IMG/VR virus record: IMGVR_UViG_3300033273_000833
Coordinates: 139,068-203,067 of that record
Direction: 5' to 3' (one strand)
DNA from: a virus
Taxonomy: Duplodnaviria; Caudoviricetes
DNA: 64,000 nucleotides
In this document: piece after piece, positions 23,725 to 33,094 of the stretch
Position numbering within the stretch: the first letter of the stretch is position 1
Layout of the letters: each line of letters opens with the position of its first letter
Made by a program: the position numbers and the translations under genes
Notes under the pieces: model-generated
What the model was told of the DNA's origin: nothing
The model's input: only the letters and a program-made list of their open reading frames with translations
Database searches by the model: none

Positions 23725-25689
23725 ATGGCTAAAAGAAAATATAATAAGAAATCTGAATACTGGAAAAAGTTTGATAAAAGTCAACCTTTAGACAATGTTA
23801 TGATCTCAAACTCTGCGCAGTGGTCGCCAGAGTTATCTGGAGAAGGTTTTTATGAATCGATAGCAAGTCAATATACTCGATCAGGGAAAGTTGACACTCA
23901 GACAAGAAAGAATCGAGCAGCATTAGGCACTAAAGCTTCGAAATACGAAAACATTCATAAGGGTTTATTGCCTTATCACTTTGGTGCAGATGGCATACAT
24001 ATCAGAGAGGCTATTGAGTTATGTCAAAAGGCGTATTGCAATATATCGATATTCAGAAATGCTATCGACATTATGGCTGAATTTGCAAACGCTGAAATTT
24101 TACTAGAAGGTGGTAGCGAGGTGGCAAGAAACTTTATACAGAAATGGTTTGATAGAGTCAATTTATGGTTTTTAAAAGATCAATTTTTTAGAGAATATTA
24201 TAGATCTGGTAATGTTTTTTTATATACGTTAGAGGGAAAAATAAATTTAAATGATTTAAGGAAATCTTATCGTTCAGAAATTTTAGGATTAAAGGGTAAG
24301 ATTCCATTGAGATACATTATATTAAATCCATATGATATTGTTAGGCGTCACAGCTCTTCTTTTTCCGATTCTCTTTATGAGAAAATATTGAGTGAATATG
24401 AAATTGAAAGACTAAAGACTCCAAAAAATGATCTAGATAAACAAATATTTGAATCGTTATCTCCAGATGCAAAAAAGAAGGTTACTGATAATGCTTATTT
24501 GAGGGATGGGGTAAAAGTCCCGCTTGATCCTAAATATCTTAGATATTGCTTTTATAAAAAGCAAGACTACGAGCCGTTTGCAATTCCTTTTGGTTTCCCT
24601 GTTTTAGATGACATTAATTTTAAGCTTGAGTTAAAAAAAATTGACCAAGCAATTACGAGAACCATCGAAAATGTAATTTTACTTATCACCATGGGCGCTG
24701 AACCAGACAAGGGAGGGGTGAATCCAGCAAACATGGTCGCAATGCAAAAACTATTCCAGAACGAGAGCGTTGGTAGAGTTTTAGTAAGCGATTATACTAC
24801 TAAAGCTCAGTTTGTTATTCCTGAAATTAATAAAGTTTTAGGCGCCGAAAAGTACGCAATAGTCAATCAAGATATTAAAGAAGGATTACAAAACATAATC
24901 GTTGGTCAAGAAAAATTTTCAAATACAGCTGTTAAGGCAGAGATATTTTTAGAGAGATTAAAAGAATCTCGTAATGCATTTTTAAAGCAGTTCTTGCAGC
25001 CAGAAATTAATCAAATTTGCAAAAACCTGGGAATGAAGTCAATCCCAAAAGCGAAATTTGAAGAAGTAAATGTTAAAGACGAAACTCAACTACAAAGAGT
25101 GACTACTAGGCTTATGGAAATCGGTATACTTACTCCGCAACAAGGTGTTGATGTCATAAAAACTGGAGTGTTTCCAGAATCGAAAGAAATTGCTCCTGCT
25201 CAAGAAAAATTTGTAGAAGAAAGAGAGATGGGGTACTACAACCCATTAGTTGGAGGAGTGCCAATGATTGAAGGAGAAGGTGCGTCTGAAACCCCTAAAT
25301 CTGCTGGTAGACCAACAGGCACAAGTGGGATACCAAAGGAGTCTACGTCTAAAGAAACATATGGCAGAACAGATATACAGAATGTAGTTTACGCAACAGA
25401 ACAATTTTCTGAAGAAGCGAAAAAGATATTAAAAACGCACAAAAAAATTAAAAGATTTAACAAGTCTCATCAAAAACTTTTAAGCGAATTATGTTCTAAA
25501 ATTATAGTATCTTCAGAAACTGATAATTGGCATAAAGATTTTGAGGCTATCGTAAAAGATTCGGAAAAAATCATGGATCTAGACACCCTGCCTGGAATTA
25601 ATGAAATATGTGCCGAGCACCAAATCGAAGAATATCCAGCTGCACTTCTATATCATAGCAAAAAAATTAAAAACGAAAAATCTGTGTAA
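23725..25689 (+). CDS. Portal protein
   Basis: Directly after TerL; 654 aa; motifs RNAIDIMAEF, YEPFAIPFGFPVLDDI. Confidence 0.8.
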   Translation: MAKRKYNKKSEYWKKFDKSQPLDNVMISNSAQWSPELSGEGFYESIASQYTRSGKVDTQTRKNRAALGTKASKYENIHKGLLPYHFGADGIHIREAIELCQKAYCNISIFRNAIDIMAEFANAEILLEGGSEVARNFIQKWFDRVNLWFLKDQFFREYYRSGNVFLYTLEGKINLNDLRKSYRSEILGLKGKIPLRYIILNPYDIVRRHSSSFSDSLYEKILSEYEIERLKTPKNDLDKQIFESLSPDAKKKVTDNAYLRDGVKVPLDPKYLRYCFYKKQDYEPFAIPFGFPVLDDINFKLELKKIDQAITRTIENVILLITMGAEPDKGGVNPANMVAMQKLFQNESVGRVLVSDYTTKAQFVIPEINKVLGAEKYAIVNQDIKEGLQNIIVGQEKFSNTAVKAEIFLERLKESRNAFLKQFLQPEINQICKNLGMKSIPKAKFEEVNVKDETQLQRVTTRLMEIGILTPQQGVDVIKTGVFPESKEIAPAQEKFVEEREMGYYNPLVGGVPMIEGEGASETPKSAGRPTGTSGIPKESTSKETYGRTDIQNVVYATEQFSEEAKKILKTHKKIKRFNKSHQKLLSELCSKIIVSSETDNWHKDFEAIVKDSEKIMDLDTLPGINEICAEHQIEEYPAALLYHSKKIKNEKSV

Positions 25690-25697
25690 TGCTTTGT

Positions 25698-27299
25698 ATG
25701 AAGGCTCCCTTTAAATATAAAACAACTTTCTCCCAGAGTTCTTTGGCTTCTCTGGAGATTGAGTCTGAAGAAGGTATTTCAACTGCATCACTTAAGCCAC
25801 TTTTACCTCTTATACCACAAGAAGTTAATTTAGAAAAAAATTTGGACCTATTAGGTGTTGCATTTAACGCTGCGGTAGCAAATAAATTTAATAACAATGG
25901 TGATGGGATTGAAACTGCTACTGCAATAGCGATTAAAGATTATTTTATACATAAACCAGCTAATTTAGAGCATAACAGAGAAAATATTGTAGGTCATATA
26001 GTTAATGCTGGTTTATCTGAATACCAATCTGAGTCTGGCAATTTATTGAATGAAAAAGAAATTGCTGGAACACATGATGCATTTAATATAGCTTTAGCTG
26101 CTGTGGTATATAGAATTGCAAATCCTTCATTTGCAAAACTGATTGAAGATAGTGGAGATGAAGATTCAGATAATTATCAAGTTGTATCGGCTAGTTGGGA
26201 GCTAGGCTTTAATAAATACTATATTGCGTTAGGAAGTGATGACCTAAAAGAAGCGGAATTGGTTACTGATGAAAAACAAATAAAAGAACTGTCTCAATAT
26301 TTAATTACCCAAGGAGGCTCAGGCAAAACTGAAGATGGTGTCAGAGTAAGTCGCTTAGTTATTGGTGATGTATATCCTCTTGGGATAGGCTTTACTGCTA
26401 AGCCAGCAGCTGATGTAAAAGGGGTAATATCTTACGAAGATGAAGAACCTGAAAGTTCTGCAACTTCTTACTCAAATATAGAAAAAATTAAAATTAATAA
26501 GACCTTTTTAAACCCTTTTTTAGAAAAAGAATATAAAAAAATTTCCCACAATAACAAAAAAGGGGTAATCTTACAAGATAACACAAAATCTAATATTATG
26601 GAATCACAAGAATTAATTCAAGAATTCAAATCTGCATTAGCCGAACATAAGTTCGATAAAGAAGCAGTAGCTTCCATGACAGAAACATTCACTCAAGCTA
26701 TCAAGCAAAAAGATGAAGAGTATTTGTCAAGCATCGAAGCAGCAAAAAATGCAGAGGCAGAATTATTGAAGCAGCAAGAAGAGCTCAAAGCTTCTGTAGA
26801 AAAACTTCAAACCGAGCTTAAGCAAGCTCAGTCTGCAGTTGAATCTTTAGAAGCTGAGAAGACTCAAGAGCTTATCAAAGCTACCTTCAATGAAAGAATG
26901 GGTGCCCTTGATTCTGAGTACAATCTCGAAGACGAAGATAAAAAGATTGTTGCTTCGGAATTAAATGAACTTGACTTATCTGCTGAATCATTTGCTGAGT
27001 ATAAAGCTAAGTTCGAGCAAGTGTGGCAACACAAGAACAAATCTTTCATCGAAGCTCAAGAGAAAGCTTTCGAGGAAAAATTAAACGAAGCCGTTGAAGC
27101 AAAATTAAAAGAAATTCAAACTAGCGAAGCATCTGAAGTTGAAGCAACTGAAGAAGTTACAACAGAAGAAGTTCTTGATAATGCTGAAGCTTCTAACGTA
27201 GAAATTTCAAATTCAAGCGAAACATTATCTGAAGAGCCTGAATCTCTTACTGAGAGATTTCAAAAAGCTTTCAAAGATAACGTAATCGTAAAATACTAA
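25698..27299 (+). CDS. Prohead protease/scaffold protein (start likely ATG 25698)
   Basis: N-terminal domain with KPANLEH and SASWE motifs, then a long acidic coiled coil; between portal and capsid genes. Confidence 0.75.
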   Translation: MKAPFKYKTTFSQSSLASLEIESEEGISTASLKPLLPLIPQEVNLEKNLDLLGVAFNAAVANKFNNNGDGIETATAIAIKDYFIHKPANLEHNRENIVGHIVNAGLSEYQSESGNLLNEKEIAGTHDAFNIALAAVVYRIANPSFAKLIEDSGDEDSDNYQVVSASWELGFNKYYIALGSDDLKEAELVTDEKQIKELSQYLITQGGSGKTEDGVRVSRLVIGDVYPLGIGFTAKPAADVKGVISYEDEEPESSATSYSNIEKIKINKTFLNPFLEKEYKKISHNNKKGVILQDNTKSNIMESQELIQEFKSALAEHKFDKEAVASMTETFTQAIKQKDEEYLSSIEAAKNAEAELLKQQEELKASVEKLQTELKQAQSAVESLEAEKTQELIKATFNERMGALDSEYNLEDEDKKIVASELNELDLSAESFAEYKAKFEQVWQHKNKSFIEAQEKAFEEKLNEAVEAKLKEIQTSEASEVEATEEVTTEEVLDNAEASNVEISNSSETLSEEPESLTERFQKAFKDNVIVKY

Positions 27300-27319
27300 T
27301 TTAATAAAGGAAATCAAAA

Positions 27320-27946
27320 ATGGGACTAAGAATATTACCATTCAGACAGTACGACGAAAATGATGTTGTTAATCTTTTTGCCGCTAAAAGCGGTCAAGAG
27401 GTGAATCAACTCGATGATGCCCTTACTGGAGCAGCAGTACATGGCGGAGCTTTCGTTCAAGTTGAAGTCGGAGACCTTAATAATGATCCAATTGAATATG
27501 GAGCTGATTCCTACTTGGGCAAGACAGATTATCCCCATATTGGCGTCAATCAATATCCAACTGTTCCTCATAAGGTCAAACTAGCAGATGGCAGCGCAAA
27601 GGCGCTCGGCATAACGCTAAATCAAGTAGCTAAGTTTGATGAGAATGGAGAAAAGCTTCTCTATTATCCTCAAAAAGCTTTAGAAAATCACGCAGTGCTT
27701 CCTGGTCAAGCAGTACCTGTAGCTCGTAAGGGTATATTCACTCTTCACGATTCTGCATTTGATATTGCTGACTGGGCTACAGACGCAGCTATCGGTCACA
27801 CCCTTAAGGTAACTGCTGATGGAAAAGTTTCTGGACAAGCAGGAGCAGATGTAAGCGGAGTAGGAACTATTCTTGCTACTGGATCTCGCTCAGAGCCTGT
27901 CGGATCTCTAAGCGGAAATTATGCTATTTGCGCAATTGAATGCTAA
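27320..27946 (+). CDS. Capsid decoration/head protein
   Basis: Between scaffold and major capsid genes; beta-rich with LGITL and GQAVPV motifs. Confidence 0.6.
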   Translation: MGLRILPFRQYDENDVVNLFAAKSGQEVNQLDDALTGAAVHGGAFVQVEVGDLNNDPIEYGADSYLGKTDYPHIGVNQYPTVPHKVKLADGSAKALGITLNQVAKFDENGEKLLYYPQKALENHAVLPGQAVPVARKGIFTLHDSAFDIADWATDAAIGHTLKVTADGKVSGQAGADVSGVGTILATGSRSEPVGSLSGNYAICAIEC

Positions 27947-27967
27947 ACAAAAGGAGAAATTAAGAAA

Positions 27968-29080
27968 ATGAATATTACATTAAAAAGAACAGAAGAGCAA
28001 GTTGAACTCGTAAAAGCAATGGCTTCGAAAAATCGCGAAACCGCATATGAGGCTCAAGCGGCTCTAGCAGCTTTCTTGGCTCCAGTTTTGGCAGAAGTGA
28101 TTAACAATGCTCCTACATTGAGCAACTTGTTCCAAACCTTGTCTTTCGATGCAGACGATAATCCAAGTATTCCATTGGATCTTTACTATGACGTAGAGGA
28201 CGAAGATTACATTCAGGTTTACAGTCAGTCTGTACCAGGTGGTCTTCCTACCAGCCAAGTACAACCTAGCTTCAGCGAAATGAAGGTTACTACCTACACT
28301 CTTGACAGCGCAGTATCTTTCGATAAGAAATATGCAGCAAAATCTCGCCTTGATGTAGTTGGTAAAACCTTTACTCGTGTCGCTCAAGAGCTTTTGCTTA
28401 AACAAGAGCGTACTTCGGCTAATTTGATTATGGGAGCTTTGAAAAAAGCTAGTACCAATGGTCAATCTCATGTTATTGATTGTTCTGTAACCAGCAGAGT
28501 TATGCTTGATGATTTTAATCGTCTTATGACTCTTGCTAAAAGAATCAATACTTCTTATAGTGGCGGAACTCCAACTGATCGCAGAAGTGGGGTCACAGAC
28601 CTTATTTGTTCTCCAGAAGTAGTACAAGAGCTTCGCTCCTTGGCCTACAATCCAGTGAACACAAAAAGCGCTTCTGGAGCTTCTGCGCAAGCAGGTAATC
28701 CTCCGATTGCTGCTACTGACAACATGCGTGAAAGCATTTATAACAATGCTGGAATTCCTGAGTTCTACGGCGTTTCCATTATGGAAATCAATGAGCTTGG
28801 CGTTGGTCAAAAATACAACAAGATTTATAGCACAATTTCTGGATCTGCTTTGGGTGGTACAGAAGAGCTTATTCTTGGTCTTGATCGTAGTCGCGATTCT
28901 CTCATGAGAGTTCTTTCTCGCGATTCCGAGAGCGGTTCTGAAATGAGCCTTGTAGCAGACGATCAATACAGCGTTCGTCAGCAAAAAATCGGATACTATG
29001 GATCTCTTGAAGAAGGACGCGTTATCCTTGATGATCGCGCTCTTTATGGATTGATAGCTGATAACCTCAGCGGAATTTAA
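27968..29080 (+). CDS. Major capsid protein (HK97 fold inferred)
   Basis: Position, size, strong AGGAG Shine-Dalgarno, biased codon usage, C-terminal IGYYGSLEEGRVILDDRAL, downstream terminator. Confidence 0.85.
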   Translation: MNITLKRTEEQVELVKAMASKNRETAYEAQAALAAFLAPVLAEVINNAPTLSNLFQTLSFDADDNPSIPLDLYYDVEDEDYIQVYSQSVPGGLPTSQVQPSFSEMKVTTYTLDSAVSFDKKYAAKSRLDVVGKTFTRVAQELLLKQERTSANLIMGALKKASTNGQSHVIDCSVTSRVMLDDFNRLMTLAKRINTSYSGGTPTDRRSGVTDLICSPEVVQELRSLAYNPVNTKSASGASAQAGNPPIAATDNMRESIYNNAGIPEFYGVSIMEINELGVGQKYNKIYSTISGSALGGTEELILGLDRSRDSLMRVLSRDSESGSEMSLVADDQYSVRQQKIGYYGSLEEGRVILDDRALYGLIADNLSGI

Positions 29081-29104
29081 TTCCCCAAAACTTAACCCTT
29101 AACC

Positions 29105-29131
29105 AAAAAAGCTCGCTACGGCGAGCTTTTT
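29105..29131. terminator. Intrinsic terminator after the major capsid gene (possibly bidirectional)
   Basis: AAAAAAGCTCGC-TACG-GCGAGCTTTTTT. Confidence 0.9.
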
Positions 29132-29195
29132 TGTTTTCTATTGAGCTTGAAAAAAGTGTATATTCCTATTATAATACAAAGGAAAGGTAAAAGGT

Positions 29196-29633
29196 ATGAA
29201 AAAAACAAACACAAAGAAGAGTTCGTCAAAAACTCAATCAAAAGCTTCGGGCCAACAGAAACCAAAGAAAAACCTAATTGAAGAATTGGCGTCAATGGAG
29301 CAAACTACTGGAAAAGAGTACATTCAGAAAACAAAAGAGTTAGAGGATATTCTCGGAGTAAAAGAAGTAAATCCGTTTAAGACTGCCAACGCTAATGTAT
29401 TTCAAGAAAATTTATCAGAAATGACTTTGGTGGATATGCAGTCACTAGCCGTAAGGGTTGGTGTTATGCCGTCTTCAAACCGAACAAATCTCAAAAAAAG
29501 ATTAATGAAGGAATTTGAGCATAGAAACAAATCCAGAACTATTATCGGAGCTGCTGACTCTAGGCAAGTTGGATTAAACACTAATAGTCCAGATTTCGAG
29601 GAAGTTTCAAAAATTTTAAAAGAGGGTATGTAA
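29196..29633 (+). CDS. Hypothetical protein with Rho-N/SAP-like helical motif
   Basis: LSEMTLVDMQSLAVRVG...NLKKRLMKEF. Confidence 0.55.
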   Translation: MKKTNTKKSSSKTQSKASGQQKPKKNLIEELASMEQTTGKEYIQKTKELEDILGVKEVNPFKTANANVFQENLSEMTLVDMQSLAVRVGVMPSSNRTNLKKRLMKEFEHRNKSRTIIGAADSRQVGLNTNSPDFEEVSKILKEGM

Positions 29634-30098
29634 TTGAGTAATATTAGTGGTTTAGCGCAAGAAATATTTGACTATGAGTTTGATGGAGACTCTGAGGTAA
29701 TTACTTTGTCTTCAATTTCTGGCTGGCTAGATTCACATATAGGAAATTTAAACACAATGATCCACACATCGTTTGATGTGGTCAGTGGTCAAGTAGAACC
29801 TCAGGCTAATTTTAAAAATGAAGAACAGGCTATATACCGAGCCATGTACTTAAAAAACTTTAATTCAGCAATGTCTCGTAAAACTCTCCAGGGAGCCACC
29901 AAATCGAGCGATTTTATACAGATACGAGATTCTGATGGTTCAATGATTGTAAGGCCTAATAAGAACACAGCAGCAGGCGCATATCGATCTTTAGCTAATG
30001 GCTACGACCAGGAATTAAAAGAATTAGTATCTTCATATTTGTCGTTTGAAAGCAAACCTATACAGGTAGCAGGAAATGACGCTCCATCTAGTCAATAA
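29634..30098 (+). CDS. Head-tail adaptor-like protein
   Basis: Post-capsid position, ~150 aa, helical. Confidence 0.5.
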   Translation: MSNISGLAQEIFDYEFDGDSEVITLSSISGWLDSHIGNLNTMIHTSFDVVSGQVEPQANFKNEEQAIYRAMYLKNFNSAMSRKTLQGATKSSDFIQIRDSDGSMIVRPNKNTAAGAYRSLANGYDQELKELVSSYLSFESKPIQVAGNDAPSSQ

Positions 30099-30112
30099 GT
30101 GTAATTTAGAAT

Positions 30113-31576
30113 GTGGATAGAACATTCAATACTAGCCTAGGAGGAATCACAAAGAATTGGCCACAAAGAAATGGTCAATACTTAGCACCTGATTATGGTT
30201 ACTCTGCGAAATACGAAGGAGCTATAAGAATGTTTAGTTATGGTGATGGCTATTACGCTATATCACCAAAAGGCATTAATAATATTACTTTCAGTCTATC
30301 TTTAAACTATAGTAATTTACATGATAACGAAGCAAAGCAATTAATTGATTTTTTAGAAACATCTAAAGGTCTTAATTTTCCTTTCACACCTCCTGATCCA
30401 TTTTGTAAAAGAAATATATTTAGATGTCAGGGATTTTCTCATTCTTTTAATCAGGATAATTTAAATAATATATCAGTTAACCTAATCACAAACAGGCAGA
30501 GTTCGTTGAATATAGAGTCTGCTATACCTGGCTCCTCAGAAACGTTATTAAACGCTCCTCGAGCTACAGACGCGCATACTATGTATTTATCAATTAATTC
30601 TGATAATGAGTCGAACTTTTCGGCATCAAATAGCGCACAACATTATAAGAATTACTCTGACTATTGTAAAATAGGCTATAAGGAATACTTGAGAAGTATA
30701 TTCACTTTTGAAGAAATGATGAAGATTCCAAATTATGATTTCAATGATGGTATGTTTAGCTTTCCCTGGCATAAAATGGGCTTTATAGAGAGAAGCGTTA
30801 AAGATAGTTATGGATGGCCTGATAGTACTCATGATGTTAGGTCGATACATGCTGGTTATTATGATCCTCCTAGCTCAACTAACAACTCTAAGCCTTTTGA
30901 AATTAGAGTTGTTCCATGGACGCAACCTTTTGGGTATAACACAACTGATGACACTCTTTATGCCACCACAACAAGTACCGTCAATGCATTGAAGTATCTT
31001 TCGCAGTGGGCTTACCCTAAAGATATAGTGGTGTTTAAGCCTGATTATAGCGAACAGAGCTTCGACAAATATTATTATTGCAAGAAAAGCCATTTCGCAA
31101 GACCAACAAGCAGTGCTTTTACTTCTTGGTTAGAGGGAAACAATTTAGATACTGGCAGTGGTACATGGGTGGATGATCACAGAATTCCAGGCAGTACCGA
31201 TGAAAGACATTGGACTAAAAACTTTTTCTGGGAACCAAGTTATGCTTCATCTATTAGTCAACAGTCAAGAATATTAAGTAAGGTTTATGATAATGATAAA
31301 GTTGAAGTACTATCTGACGGAAGAAATACTAATCCTTTAGTGTTTGATGTAAAATTTAATAATCGAGATGATAGGGAGACTTATGCAATATTGCATTTTC
31401 TTGAAAATAGAAAAGGGTATGTAAGATTTAAATGGGATTCTGTTCCTGAAATGTATAACACTACAGATAGATATTTTATATGCAATAATTGGAGCTTTTC
31501 AAAACGATATATAGATAACAACTCTATTACAGCTGTTTTTATTGAAGATAGTTTAGGTTCGGACTTAGGATATTAA
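30113..31576 (+). CDS. Distal-tail/minor tail protein with duplicated domain
   Basis: Two related halves (LIDFLETSKGLNFPFTPPDP...FRC and ILHFLENRKGYVRFKW...FIC) flank an insert. Confidence 0.65.
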   Translation: MDRTFNTSLGGITKNWPQRNGQYLAPDYGYSAKYEGAIRMFSYGDGYYAISPKGINNITFSLSLNYSNLHDNEAKQLIDFLETSKGLNFPFTPPDPFCKRNIFRCQGFSHSFNQDNLNNISVNLITNRQSSLNIESAIPGSSETLLNAPRATDAHTMYLSINSDNESNFSASNSAQHYKNYSDYCKIGYKEYLRSIFTFEEMMKIPNYDFNDGMFSFPWHKMGFIERSVKDSYGWPDSTHDVRSIHAGYYDPPSSTNNSKPFEIRVVPWTQPFGYNTTDDTLYATTTSTVNALKYLSQWAYPKDIVVFKPDYSEQSFDKYYYCKKSHFARPTSSAFTSWLEGNNLDTGSGTWVDDHRIPGSTDERHWTKNFFWEPSYASSISQQSRILSKVYDNDKVEVLSDGRNTNPLVFDVKFNNRDDRETYAILHFLENRKGYVRFKWDSVPEMYNTTDRYFICNNWSFSKRYIDNNSITAVFIEDSLGSDLGY

Positions 31577-32544
31577 CGAACAGATTCCTTGATCGTAACA
31601 GTGCCCTCCATGAACCCATTTTGGCTGATTGAAATTTCTTGAGTATCTATTTGGCCTGCAATTGTTAAAGTTCTAGCGATTGCCTGCCCAGGTTGATTCT
31701 CCGCACCAATTGCTTTTAATAAAATGCTGATTGTTGCATTTCTTTTGTCGTGACCTTTAAAATTTATGACTTTACCAATATCTTCCCCTTGCACTGTGAC
31801 TTCGCGGTTAATTGCTCCAAGATTTACTTCCACAGGATGTCTTTTTCCAACTACATAAATAGGAAGTCTTTCATATGATTCCGTCCAACTAATGGATACT
31901 GGATGCTCTACTCCGATAGTGGCTCTATTATAACCGACTAATTCAGTTGTTACATGATTTTGGGTGTTTAAAGGAGTTATGGATATATTTGGTTCAGGCG
32001 GAGGAACTACAGGGGTAAATGTATCTCCCTCTAGTTCGTCTGGGTTGGATGTTCCTATATTTCTAAAATCATCATTTACGCTAGCAGTTGAACTGCCATC
32101 GCGATCTGAAGTCATTTTGTAAATAGAAAAGTCCGCGCTAATATTGGCGGGTTTGTATGGCTCCAGCGTTAAATTAAAAGAATTTAAATATGTTTGGCCA
32201 AAGTTGAATCCTGCAAGTCTTCCATATAATTCATCAGCTTCACCAGTTTTACTAATAATTTGATCGCTGTTTCCATTTAAAAAAAAGTCTGTATTTAAGC
32301 TTGCGGTTAAAGGTGCGTCTGGGAAGTATCTATGAAGTTGTTGTTTGCCCAGAGTTCGCATTGGGGGGACTGAGGCAGAAATTTGCAATCCAGCACTTGT
32401 TGAATAAATGTAGTCATTTGAGCTTGCGTTGACTGGGTAGTCTGGGTAATCAGCAGCATTAGCTCTTGAGTGATAACTTGTTCCAACCGCTCCTATATAA
32501 AGCGGTGTTTCTGTATATCTGTAGAAACTTCTTTGGTTGCTCAT
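31573..32544 (-). CDS. Tail-tube-like paralog / baseplate-proximal tail protein
   Basis: ISWTESYERLPIYVVG resembles the tube motifs RTPIERLG and REPVYVVG. Confidence 0.55.
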   Translation of the reverse strand: MSNQRSFYRYTETPLYIGAVGTSYHSRANAADYPDYPVNASSNDYIYSTSAGLQISASVPPMRTLGKQQLHRYFPDAPLTASLNTDFFLNGNSDQIISKTGEADELYGRLAGFNFGQTYLNSFNLTLEPYKPANISADFSIYKMTSDRDGSSTASVNDDFRNIGTSNPDELEGDTFTPVVPPPEPNISITPLNTQNHVTTELVGYNRATIGVEHPVSISWTESYERLPIYVVGKRHPVEVNLGAINREVTVQGEDIGKVINFKGHDKRNATISILLKAIGAENQPGQAIARTLTIAGQIDTQEISISQNGFMEGTVTIKESVR

Positions 32545-32569
32545 ATTCTATATTACACTAAATTAAAAG

Positions 32570-33094
32570 TTAAATTCCAATAAAGGAAAAATAAAACTTA
32601 TTGTTGTTTACTCCAGCCAAATTATTATTAATATATAAATTACTGCCACTAATAAAAGCGTGTGCTGCATAATTTAAACCAGACCCCCCGCCAGCATTAG
32701 CGATCCTCGGGGCGTCACTTAAATATTTTGACCCAGCAAGCACTGGAATCTCTACTCCATTATATTGAAAAAATTGAGCAGTTGACCCTCCATTTGACTC
32801 AGCATGCATGCCTAAATAGTAATAAGTTTTTGTCGAATCAATGGAAATACCTGACAGACCAGGCGTATTCAGATAAGTCGATATAAGTGTTCCCTGGTAT
32901 TGTGCCGTAATCCCTTTTTCCCACTTTACGACACTAGCAGAACCTTGAGATGAATTTGATGATATATACAAAAGTAAGTCTGAAGCTTTAATATTTTCCG
33001 TAGTACCAGCATTTCTAGCTACAAGCAATAAATCATCATCATGTAATGTAGATACTGTATTTAAATCTCTTACTTTTATGCTTTCGATTGACAT
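32570..33094 (-). CDS. Short tail fibre-like protein
   Basis: N-terminal IKVRDL...DDDLLLVAR...ENIKASDL docking-type motif. Confidence 0.55.
   Translation of the reverse strand: MSIESIKVRDLNTVSTLHDDDLLLVARNAGTTENIKASDLLLYISSNSSQGSASVVKWEKGITAQYQGTLISTYLNTPGLSGISIDSTKTYYYLGMHAESNGGSTAQFFQYNGVEIPVLAGSKYLSDAPRIANAGGGSGLNYAAHAFISGSNLYINNNLAGVNNNKFYFSFIGI

Noticed and set aside
28064-28984. 306-aa minus-strand ORF and many similar antisense or frame-shadow ORFs (e.g. 6269, 6288, 7709, 9737, 10305, 10740, 12581, 13108, 53904)
   Set aside because: They overlap well-supported genes, lack promoters or ribosome sites, and are expected by-products of codon bias.
21789-29080. Inteins, introns or stop-codon reassignment in core genes
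   Set aside because: Terminase, portal and capsid ORFs are of ordinary size, uninterrupted and read through under the standard code, with no intein or homing-endonuclease motifs.
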